From Bacteroidales bacterium UBA1800 (GTDB lineage: Bacteria > Bacteroidota > Bacteroidia > Bacteroidales > VadinHA17), in the NCBI GenBank assembly GCA_002319915.1, contig DCFQ01000085.1, positions 13,877-67,059 of the forward strand: a stretch of 53,183 bases of DNA. Direction: 5' to 3'. Positions within the stretch are counted from its first letter, which is position 1. Every line of letters starts with the position of its first letter. A program made the translations under genes and the position numbers. Shown piece by piece: positions 19,448 through 28,078 of the stretch. The notes beneath the pieces were generated by a model, which was not told the origin of the DNA, did not search any database, and was given only the letters and a program-made list of their open reading frames with translations.

Positions 19448-20872
19448 ATGTTCCCTATCTCCCCGTTCATAAAAAGAAACAGCAGGAAGGTTGTACTCCT
19501 TGCTTCCATATTATTATCACCTGTAAGCCTGCTTGCGGCCGACGGAACCGCCCCGATGATCGGGCCGGTCAGGATCGAATTCATAATATTCGGGCTGATC
19601 CTTCTGGGTGTTGCACTGTTCCACAAGCATACCTTTTGGGTGGCCGTGACCGGCCTTACAGTACTCCTTATTTTCAAGCTCGCATTTGTCCACGGGTTTG
19701 ACCTTTCACATCACTTATTCGGCACCACGCCAATGGCCGATCAGCTGATGGACAAGAGCCTGCGCCAGGGCGAGTGGGGGATAATCCTGAACCTCCTCGG
19801 GTTGCTGCTCGGGTTTGCGATATTATCCAAGATCTTTGAGGATTCTGGTGTTCCGGATATCCTGCCCAGGTTCCTTCCTGACGACTGGAAGGGGCCGTTC
19901 CTGCTGCTGATCTTTGTATTTATCCTTTCCTCATTCCTCGATAACATTGCCGCCGCCCTAATTGGGGGGGCCATTGCCATAGTCGTTTTCAAGAACAGGG
20001 TCCACATCGGATACATCGCTGCGCTTGTTGCTGCGAGCAATGCCGGCGGCTCGGGGAGCGTGGTCGGCGACACGACGACCACTATGATGTGGATCGATGG
20101 CGTGGGCGCCTTTAACGTGCTCCATGCTTATGTTGCAGCGGGGGCAGCCTTGTTGTTCTTTTCCTGGTTTGCGGCACATCAGCAGGATAAGTATCAGCCT
20201 ATACAGAAGGAGGCTACGCCTGACGCAAGGATTGACTGGCTGAAAATTTTGAATGTCGCTCTTATCCTCCTCGGAGCAATAGTTTCCAACATACTTTACG
20301 ATATGCCGGCCCTCGGGGTCTGGGCAGCAATATTGATTGGATGGATATGGAGGCCTGTTCCCTGGAGAGAGGTTCCGGGGGCCATAAAAGGTACCATATT
20401 CCTTCTTTGCCTTGTAACATGCGCTTCGCTCATGCCGGTTGAAGAGCTGCCGAATGCCTCCGTCGGCACTGCTTTTGCCCTCGGGGTTCTCTCTTCCGTA
20501 TTCGATAACATCCCATTGACAAAGCTCTGCCTCGACCAGGGGTATTATGACTGGGGCATGCTGGCTTACACAGTAGGATTCGGCGGATCCATGATCTGGT
20601 TCGGATCTTCAGCAGGGGTAGCCATTACCAACAAATTCCCGGATGCACGCGACGTGTTTGCCTGGGTAAGGAACGGCTGGCATATCGCCGCAGCATATGT
20701 GATTGGATTTCTTGCCCTTTACCTTCTCCTTGGCTGGGAACCCGCCGATAACAAGGAACATAAAATAAAGGACCGCCCTGTACCGGTCAGTTCGGTGAAC
20801 ATAGGAAAAAGATCGCTGGTCGGTCAGCCCTCCGTTAGCTATTATTCAATCCCGGAATCGATAAAGCCCTAA
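19448..20872 (+). CDS. NhaD/citrate-transporter (IT superfamily) permease
   Basis: SSFLDN, ASNAGGSGSVVGDTTTTMMW, SSVFDNIP, GGSMIWFGSSAGVA; many TM helices. Confidence 0.85.
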   Translation: MFPISPFIKRNSRKVVLLASILLSPVSLLAADGTAPMIGPVRIEFIIFGLILLGVALFHKHTFWVAVTGLTVLLIFKLAFVHGFDLSHHLFGTTPMADQLMDKSLRQGEWGIILNLLGLLLGFAILSKIFEDSGVPDILPRFLPDDWKGPFLLLIFVFILSSFLDNIAAALIGGAIAIVVFKNRVHIGYIAALVAASNAGGSGSVVGDTTTTMMWIDGVGAFNVLHAYVAAGAALLFFSWFAAHQQDKYQPIQKEATPDARIDWLKILNVALILLGAIVSNILYDMPALGVWAAILIGWIWRPVPWREVPGAIKGTIFLLCLVTCASLMPVEELPNASVGTAFALGVLSSVFDNIPLTKLCLDQGYYDWGMLAYTVGFGGSMIWFGSSAGVAITNKFPDARDVFAWVRNGWHIAAAYVIGFLALYLLLGWEPADNKEHKIKDRPVPVSSVNIGKRSLVGQPSVSYYSIPESIKP

Positions 20873-21116
20873 GCTGTCCCCCGCGGTTCCGACCATCCCG
20901 TTACCTCATCCAGCTCCTGGAAATTCTGACCGAAAAGAAAGTCTGCCGGTTCAAGGATTTCCATGCTTCCAGCCAGCCACTGCCGAACACCGGCTGCCAG
21001 CACTTTCAGTCCGTCTTGTTAAAGTCCGGCCTAAACAAAAAACACAATCTTTTGTTGCCATAAATAGGGTCATACAGTTGACAATATTATTCCAGGAGGT
21101 TTTAATTTCATAAAAC

Positions 21117-21335
21117 ATGCATAATATGTATCACTATTGGGGAATGGGCTGGGGCTGGCTGATAGGGTTGGCAGTGCTGGTTGCCATTATACTGCTGATC
21201 ATCAGGGTGGCCAACCAACCGGGAAATACCGGGCGCCCGGGCAAATCAGCTCTTGACATTTTAAAAGAAAGGTATGCCCGCGGTGAGATAAGCAAGGATG
21301 AATTTGAAGAAAAGAAGAAAGGTATCCAGGATTGA
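21117..21335 (+). CDS. SHOCT-domain small membrane protein
   Basis: TM helix plus SALDILKERYARGEISKDEFEEKK. Confidence 0.88.
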   Translation: MHNMYHYWGMGWGWLIGLAVLVAIILLIIRVANQPGNTGRPGKSALDILKERYARGEISKDEFEEKKKGIQD

Positions 21336-21340
21336 TTTCC

Positions 21341-22195
21341 ATGAATGAGATAACTTCCAGCTTTACTGCAACAGTTGAACCATGGCTTTTATCGCACGGA
21401 ATAAGAATCCTTGCCATTGCAGCTGCATCCCTGGTACTTTACAAAGTATCAAGGACCCTTATATCAAAGGCCATAAACATCACTGTTGTGTCGGACAGGC
21501 ATGTTTCTGAAGTTGCCGAAAGGAAAAGGAAAGATACGCTTACAAAGATTCTGGCACTTACTGTCCGTATTGTAATAGTAGTTCTGGGCACATTGATGAT
21601 ATTGCAGGAGTTTGGAGTCGCAATCACCACACTGCTTGCGGGTGCCGGCATTGTTGGCATTGCTGTGGGATTCGGTGGTCAGTACCTCGTCAGGGATCTT
21701 ATTTCCGGGTTCTTCCTTATTCTTGAAAACCAATACAGGATTGGAGATGTGGTCAGTTTCGACGGCACCTCGGGGCTGGTGGAGGATATAAGTCTGCGAA
21801 TCACAACCCTCAGGGATCTCGATGGTACCGTTCATCATATCCCGCACGGGCAGATTGGTAAGGTTTCCAACCTTTCCAAGTATTATGCCCGTGTAAATCT
21901 GAACATAGGGATTTCATACCAGGCAGAGCTTGAGCATGTAATTAAAGTAATTAATAATGTCGGGAAAGATCTTGCGGAAGATCCCCATTGGAAAGAAGAC
22001 ATAACCTCTCCCCCACAGTTCCTAAGAGTGGATGACTTTGCCGATTCTTCTGTCATAGTCAAGATCCTCGGAGAAACCAGGCCACTCAAACAATGGGATG
22101 TTACCGGAGAACTTCGCAAAAGGTTGAAAATTGCTTTTGACAGAGAAGGGATTGAAATCCCGTTCCCCCAAAGGGTTGTTCATCAGGCTCCCTGA
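21341..22195 (+). CDS. Small-conductance mechanosensitive channel (MscS family)
   Basis: GAGIVGIAVGFGGQYLVRDLISG..ILENQYRIGD, FDREGIEIPFPQR. Confidence 0.95.
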   Translation: MNEITSSFTATVEPWLLSHGIRILAIAAASLVLYKVSRTLISKAINITVVSDRHVSEVAERKRKDTLTKILALTVRIVIVVLGTLMILQEFGVAITTLLAGAGIVGIAVGFGGQYLVRDLISGFFLILENQYRIGDVVSFDGTSGLVEDISLRITTLRDLDGTVHHIPHGQIGKVSNLSKYYARVNLNIGISYQAELEHVIKVINNVGKDLAEDPHWKEDITSPPQFLRVDDFADSSVIVKILGETRPLKQWDVTGELRKRLKIAFDREGIEIPFPQRVVHQAP

Positions 22196-22406
22196 TCTTA
22201 TTAATGTTGATGTTATCAATATATCATATTTCACCAGACTTATTTCTCGGAGGCTTTAGTACAAACTATTTTAGCAAAGCCTTTGGCAAAAATGTCAATT
22301 CAAAGAACCCAAAACAAATAACATTCCCTGTAAATTGAGGTATTGAGCCTGATTCAGGTATTTTTTGGTAATTTTATCATGAACTGGACATTACGGAAGA
22401 TCCCGG

Positions 22407-24230
22407 ATGAAAAGTTTGAAGGATATTGGTGCAAGACTTATCGGGTGGTTTTCAGGAATTCCAAAGGCCATTGCATACAGGTATAGATTGGAATTCAGAA
22501 GATTGATATATTTCCTGAGAACCTCAGATGCAAGTTATTTCCTCATTTTTTCTGTTATTGTGGGCCTGGGAGGTGGCTTTGGAGCGGTCATATTCCGGTG
22601 GATGATAGCGCAGTTCAGTCATCTCTTTTTTACCACAGGGGGAAATGCATTGAACTTCTTGGGGAAATACAGCGTCGTGCTGTTTCCCGCAGCAGGGGGG
22701 CTGATTGTCGGTCCGCTTATATATTACTTCGCCAGGGAGACAAAGGGACACGGTGTTCCGGAAGTGATGAGGGCAGTACTCGTCGAGGGAGGAAAGATCA
22801 GGCCCAGAGTGGCTGCTGTCAAGGCTTTTGCATCCTCAATATGCATTGGATCTGGGGGTTCGGCAGGCCGGGAAGGCCCTATCATTCAGATCGGATCTGC
22901 GCTTGGGTCAGCCCTGGGTCAGGTTTTCAAGCTTACTGAAGAAAAGACCAAGACTCTTGTTGGCTGCGGAGCAGCAGCAGGTATAGCCGCCACATTCAAT
23001 GCCCCGCTGGGAGGTATTTTTTTCGCCCTTGAGGTTATCCTCAGGGAATATGGCCTCAGAAATTTCTCTTCGGTTGTTCTGTCGTCGGTAACAGCTACAG
23101 TGATTTCACGATCCTTCCTCGGAAACTATCCTGCCTTCCGCACTCCTCCTTTCCAGTTGTATCAGGTTTCGGATTTTCTTTACTACCTGGTGCTTGGTCT
23201 TTTTGCGGCAGCTATGGCCTGGATTTTCATTAAGCTGCTTTACAAAAGCGAAGATATCTTTGATGGGCTCAAGATGCCCGAGTATTTTAAACCGGTTCTG
23301 GGAGGATTGGGGGTCGGTATCGTCGGGATCTATTTTCCTCAGATATTCGGAGTCGGGTATGAAACAATCCAATCGTCAATTAACGGACAACCAATCCTTT
23401 GGATCACAGCAGCCCTGGTCCTCCTTAAAATTGTCGCGACATCTCTGACTTTGGGATCGGGCGGATCGGGAGGGGTATTTGCTCCTTCGCTTTTTATTGG
23501 TGCGATGCTTGGGGAAGCATTTGGGATAGTTGCCCACAGGATTATACCTTCGACCATAATCCCGCCCGGAGCATTTGCACTTGTCGGTATGGCATCGGTT
23601 TTCGCCGGAGTCTCCCAGGCACCTATTTCAGCCATACTGCTCCTTTTCGAAATGACCGGGAATTACCAGATCCTTCCTCCTCTCATGATAACCTGTATAA
23701 TTTCAGCCCTGGCTATACGAAGAATATCAAGGTATTCAATTTATACTTTAAAGCTCGTACGTAAAGGTGTCGACATAGAAAAGTTTAAATATGGAGATCT
23801 CATGGAAAGCACCCCAGTTTCGGAAGCGATGATAACCAATATAATTTCTGTACTCCAGACTTATAGTGTAACCAGGGTTGGACTGATGATCAAGAATACC
23901 AATCACAGGGGATTTCCTGTAACCGATGAAGAAGGATCGTTGGTTGGCATTATTACGAGGCAGGATATCAATCACGCTCTCGAAAAAGGGAACGGAGTAT
24001 CGGAGATCAGCAGCATCATGACCAGGGATCTGCTGGTATGCTATCCCGATGAAAGCCTCAGAAGTGCGCTGCATAAAATGGCAAGCCGGAATGTAGGTCG
24101 CCTGCCAGTCGTTGAAAGGAAGAATGTAACACATATGGTCGGAATCCTGACCAGGAAAAGCCTTATTACCGCTTACAGCAAGGCACTGGACATGAGAAAA
24201 ACATTCCAGGAAATGAAATCTGATGCTTGA
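22407..24230 (+). CDS. ClC chloride channel/transporter with tandem CBS domains
   Basis: GHGVPE, GREGP, FNAPLGG, GGVFAP, C-terminal CBS pair. Confidence 0.95.
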   Translation: MKSLKDIGARLIGWFSGIPKAIAYRYRLEFRRLIYFLRTSDASYFLIFSVIVGLGGGFGAVIFRWMIAQFSHLFFTTGGNALNFLGKYSVVLFPAAGGLIVGPLIYYFARETKGHGVPEVMRAVLVEGGKIRPRVAAVKAFASSICIGSGGSAGREGPIIQIGSALGSALGQVFKLTEEKTKTLVGCGAAAGIAATFNAPLGGIFFALEVILREYGLRNFSSVVLSSVTATVISRSFLGNYPAFRTPPFQLYQVSDFLYYLVLGLFAAAMAWIFIKLLYKSEDIFDGLKMPEYFKPVLGGLGVGIVGIYFPQIFGVGYETIQSSINGQPILWITAALVLLKIVATSLTLGSGGSGGVFAPSLFIGAMLGEAFGIVAHRIIPSTIIPPGAFALVGMASVFAGVSQAPISAILLLFEMTGNYQILPPLMITCIISALAIRRISRYSIYTLKLVRKGVDIEKFKYGDLMESTPVSEAMITNIISVLQTYSVTRVGLMIKNTNHRGFPVTDEEGSLVGIITRQDINHALEKGNGVSEISSIMTRDLLVCYPDESLRSALHKMASRNVGRLPVVERKNVTHMVGILTRKSLITAYSKALDMRKTFQEMKSDA

Positions 24231-24232
24231 TT

Positions 24233-25600
24233 CTAAAGGCCCTCATCCTTTTCAGCCTTTCGGAAAGTAAATTTAAACCGGGTTCCCTGATTCTCTGTAC
24301 TCTCCACCTCCTGCACCACCCCGTGAAGCTCCATTATCTTTGTCACAAGAGATAATCCGATCCCAAATCCGCCTATGTACTTTGCATTTGAAGCCCTGCT
24401 GAAAGGCTGAAAGATATTCTCCAGTTCCCGGGCAGGAATTCCGATTCCTTTGTCTGAAATTATTATGGTAACATTCTGGGCGGTGAATGAGAACTCAACA
24501 TCAATATCACCATCTGAAAATTTGCATGAATTGTCAATAATATTCCTGAATGCAATTTCCAGCAAGCCGGAATTCCCTTTTACCATGAGGTCTTCATCAC
24601 TTTCCGGATACCGTATTCTTGGGATTATCTTCCGCTCCGGAAAATTGATCTTTACCTGGCGTATTGAATTGAACAAGGCTTCGTCAATCCTCACTCTTGA
24701 AAACATAATATTGACATCCTTATTGACCTGGGCAAGTTCAAGAAGACTGGTAAGCATGGAATTGATTTTCTTCAGATCACCGATCAGGCTCTCAACATAT
24801 TTTGCATATTCTTCTTTGCCAATATCATGGGTCAGAAAATAGTCGCCTTCTGCAATCATGACCGACAACGGGGTTCTCAGTTCATGGGAGGCATTGGATA
24901 CGAAATCTTCCTGGTTCCTAAAGGCTATCTCCAGGTTTTTCAGCATGTCGTTGAATGTAATTGCAAGACTGGCAATCTCGTCTTTCCCGTTGCCTTCATC
25001 AAGCCTGCTGCCAAGCTTTTCCGAATTGATCCCCTTTACGCTTTTGATAATGTCGGATATCGGTTTGATTGCCCTGTTGGAGAAGAAATATGCAGTTGCC
25101 ACTGAAAGCCATATGCTGAACAGGATGCTCCAAAGCAGTATCTCCCTGAGCTCAGTAAGGTTTTCATGTCGCGACCGGTCAAAAGCCAGCTCAAAAACAT
25201 TGAATGAACGATTCCTGAAATAGTGCCGGAAAAAGACGCCATCCTTTTCAGAGATCGAGAAGAAACTTACCCCGGTTTTATTTGCATAAGCCCTCATGGC
25301 TTTGTTTGAGAGATAGTTAACATTATTGGTATAGACCGGATTAAAAGCCGAATCGGTCATGGCTATTTCTTCTTTTTCAAGCGATACGGTCGATTGATGG
25401 ATTTTTTTGAGAAGGGATGAATCGACCTCGGATACGTTGATCAGTAAAATTGCATTATTTCTTGCCCTTTCGTAAAGGTTTTCCCTGAATTTGCCAACCT
25501 GGCTGGTATATGAGAAATAATAAACCAGCAGTGAAAAGAATAGCAGGATTCCGGCTGCTATGACAGTAAACTGAAGGGATAATTTTGTTTTGATTTTCAT
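24233..25600 (-). CDS. Sensor histidine kinase (2 TM, HAMP, HisKA, HATPase)
   Basis: SNASHELRTPL, NIIDNSCKFS, DKGIGI, GFGIGL. Confidence 0.95.
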   Translation of the reverse strand: MKIKTKLSLQFTVIAAGILLFFSLLVYYFSYTSQVGKFRENLYERARNNAILLINVSEVDSSLLKKIHQSTVSLEKEEIAMTDSAFNPVYTNNVNYLSNKAMRAYANKTGVSFFSISEKDGVFFRHYFRNRSFNVFELAFDRSRHENLTELREILLWSILFSIWLSVATAYFFSNRAIKPISDIIKSVKGINSEKLGSRLDEGNGKDEIASLAITFNDMLKNLEIAFRNQEDFVSNASHELRTPLSVMIAEGDYFLTHDIGKEEYAKYVESLIGDLKKINSMLTSLLELAQVNKDVNIMFSRVRIDEALFNSIRQVKINFPERKIIPRIRYPESDEDLMVKGNSGLLEIAFRNIIDNSCKFSDGDIDVEFSFTAQNVTIIISDKGIGIPARELENIFQPFSRASNAKYIGGFGIGLSLVTKIMELHGVVQEVESTENQGTRFKFTFRKAEKDEGL

Positions 25601-25603
25601 AAG

Positions 25604-26296
25604 CTACATTCCCCTTTCGCTGCAATAAAACCCAAAACCATACTTTGTGTGTATCAGCCTGGGTTCAAAATCCCTGTCAATTTTCTTCCGTAAATAATTA
25701 ATATATACGTCAATTATATTTGTGCTCGGATCAAACTCTATTCCCCACACCTGCTCAATAATAAACTCACGTGTCAGCAGCTTATCGCGGTTTTTCAGGA
25801 AAGTCTCAAGAAGCAGGAACTCTTTTGCAGTCAGATCAATTTTCTTTTCACTCCTTGTTACCGTCTTTGTGACCAGGTTCATCTCAAGATCCGCCAGCCT
25901 CAGCTTCTGGACAGGTGCATCGTTCAGCTCTGATCTTCTCAGGAACACATTTACCCTGGCGAGAAGCTCCCTGAAATCAAATGGTTTGACTACATAATCA
26001 TCTGCTCCCGCCTCAAACCCAGCCACTTTATTGTCAGGTGCACCAAACGCTGTAAGCATGATGATGGGAATCTTATTGTTCGTCTTCCTGATCTCCCTGC
26101 AAAGATCATATCCGTTTATCAGCGGCAAATTGATGTCGAGTATAACAAGATTATACTCATTTCTTTGTACAAGATTTTTCCCAACATAACCATCATAAGC
26201 AATATCGACGCTGTAACCCGTTTCGCTGAGCTGCCTTCTGAGAATTTCAGCCAGGCGCTGCTCATCCTCAACTACAAGGATATGAATATCTGCCAT
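25604..26296 (-). CDS. OmpR/PhoB-family response regulator
   Basis: ILVVEDE, ILDINLP, GADDYVVKPF, LRKKID..IHTKYGFGF; start at ATG 26296. Confidence 0.95.
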   Translation of the reverse strand: MADIHILVVEDEQRLAEILRRQLSETGYSVDIAYDGYVGKNLVQRNEYNLVILDINLPLINGYDLCREIRKTNNKIPIIMLTAFGAPDNKVAGFEAGADDYVVKPFDFRELLARVNVFLRRSELNDAPVQKLRLADLEMNLVTKTVTRSEKKIDLTAKEFLLLETFLKNRDKLLTREFIIEQVWGIEFDPSTNIIDVYINYLRKKIDRDFEPRLIHTKYGFGFYCSERGM

Positions 26297-26346
26297 TATT
26301 GTAGGATGTTTCTGCAAATTTATATTTTGAATACTATTTACGTAAA

Positions 26347-26416
26347 TTTTAAGAACTCTCTAATGACCTTTTAATTTTATTTTAATCAATTTGTCAGCCA
26401 TTCATCGTTAGCTTTG
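26347..26416 (+). promoter_or_regulatory. Four 11-bp-period direct repeats (OmpR-type box) plus -7 promoter element
   Basis: TTTTAAG/CTCTAAT/TTTTAAT/TTTTAAT starting at 26347, 26358, 26369, 26380; TAGCTTTG at 26409-26416. Confidence 0.65.
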
Positions 26417-26441
26417 GCACCAGGAAGATAGTTGAGATCCT

Positions 26442-26543
26442 ATGAAGGAAATCAGGTACAAGAACGAAATAATATTTTTTGCAATCATAATTGGAGTGTT
26501 CGTAGCGCTGATTCTGCTTAAAATGTTGCTCGTCAAATGGTAA
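26442..26543 (+). CDS. Unannotated 33-aa single-TM small protein
   Basis: MKEIRYKNEIIFFAIIIGVFVALILLKMLLVKW*; starts 25 nt downstream of a TAnnTTTG element. Confidence 0.6.
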   Translation: MKEIRYKNEIIFFAIIIGVFVALILLKMLLVKW

Positions 26544-26612
26544 GGATCTTACGGTGAAAAATTGTTAATAGTTTATAATATTCACTACTTAGTACTTTGT
26601 TTCTTCATTCAG

Positions 26613-26650
26613 GCAGTTGTCCTTATTGATCCTACGACAACTGCTTTTTT
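26613..26650 (+). terminator. Intrinsic terminator upstream of the GT-HAD gene
   Basis: GCAGTTGTC-N14-GACAACTGC-TTTTTT. Confidence 0.75.
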
Positions 26651-26696
26651 ATCAGGGATCCCTGCCAGTTAAAATTCGACAATTTTCAGTAACAAT

Positions 26697-28070
26697 ATGA
26701 TCACTGTTATAATACCGGCATTGAATGAACAGACTACAATCTCGCATGTTGTAAGACTCGTCAACAAATCTCCGCTTGTGAACGAAATACTTGTAATTGA
26801 TGACAAATCGCTTGACGAAACACGCAATCATGCAAAAGGCAGGAACGTAAAGATTTACACAAGTACCAAACTAGGCAAAGGAGCATCTATGAGAGATGGA
26901 ATGCTGTTAGCCGGCAATGAGGTCATCGTTTATCTTGATGCAGACATTACGACATATCCCGATAATATCATTTCCCTGATGACGAGCCCGATAATTTCAG
27001 GAAAAGCTGATTTTGTGAAATCGGTATTTGAACGGCAGGCAGGAAGAGTTACAGAACTTGTGGCCAAGCCACTGATAGGCCTGCTTTTCCCTGATCTCTC
27101 GCGGTTCTCGCAACCATTAAGCGGAATGATCGCCGGGAGGAAGTCTTTATTTGAAAAAGTAAACTTTGAAAATGACTATGGGGTAGATGTCGGTTTGCTG
27201 ATCGACATGCATAACATGAAAGCAAGGATTGCGGAAGTAAATATAGGGTACATTGAGAACCGGATGCAATCATGGGAACAGCTTGGGAAAATGGCAAAGG
27301 AAGTATCCAGGGCTATCCTGAAGCGGGCAGAGATGATCAAACAATCTAATCTTGAGATACTTGAAAATATCTCAATAATTCGTGATCAGATGGATTTTGC
27401 AATCAGGGAAAGTGTCCTTGGTTTAAAAAAAATGATCATTTTCGATATGGACTTTACCATACTTAGCAGCAGCTTTATAAAATCCGTAGCAACAAAATAC
27501 CAGCTCGATAATTCCCTTAAACTGATAATTTCTGAGAAACATAATCCATATACACGCACAAAACTTATTGCAAGATTACTTAAAGGGCTAAATATCAGGC
27601 AGATATTAGACGCTGTGGATGAAATACCAGTCACTGAGGGTTTTGAGGCTATTGTTAAAACATTTAAGGAGAATGGTTATATATGCGGGATAATCAGCGA
27701 TAGTTATGATTGCATAACCAACCATCTTGTCAACAGATACGGCCTCGACTTTTCAATTGCCAATGAGCTTGAGTTCTCAAATAGTGTAGCGACAGGTGAG
27801 GTTAAAATACCATCGGTCTTTATAAAAACGAACCAAAGCACCTGTAATCATGATTTCTGTAAATCAAACGCAATGAGGGAAATTGCAGCCCGTTACAGGA
27901 TCGATATTAAGAACATAATCGCCATTGGTGACAGTGAAAGCGATATTTGCATGATCAGGGATTGCGGAATAGGAGTTGCTTTCTGTTCGGAAAACGAACA
28001 GTTGAAGGCAGCTGCCGACAAGATAGTCAGTGAAAGAAGTTTTAACTCTCTTGTGGAATTCATTCAGTAA
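26697..28070 (+). CDS. GpgS-like glycosyl-3-phosphoglycerate synthase fused to a SerB-like HAD-IB phosphatase
   Basis: N-term IPALNE, GKG, LDAD, GRVTELVAKPL, QPLSG, YGVDVGLLID; C-term FDMDFT, ISDS, CKS, GDSESD. Confidence 0.8.
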   Translation: MITVIIPALNEQTTISHVVRLVNKSPLVNEILVIDDKSLDETRNHAKGRNVKIYTSTKLGKGASMRDGMLLAGNEVIVYLDADITTYPDNIISLMTSPIISGKADFVKSVFERQAGRVTELVAKPLIGLLFPDLSRFSQPLSGMIAGRKSLFEKVNFENDYGVDVGLLIDMHNMKARIAEVNIGYIENRMQSWEQLGKMAKEVSRAILKRAEMIKQSNLEILENISIIRDQMDFAIRESVLGLKKMIIFDMDFTILSSSFIKSVATKYQLDNSLKLIISEKHNPYTRTKLIARLLKGLNIRQILDAVDEIPVTEGFEAIVKTFKENGYICGIISDSYDCITNHLVNRYGLDFSIANELEFSNSVATGEVKIPSVFIKTNQSTCNHDFCKSNAMREIAARYRIDIKNIIAIGDSESDICMIRDCGIGVAFCSENEQLKAAADKIVSERSFNSLVEFIQ

Positions 28071-28078
28071 TAATTGCC

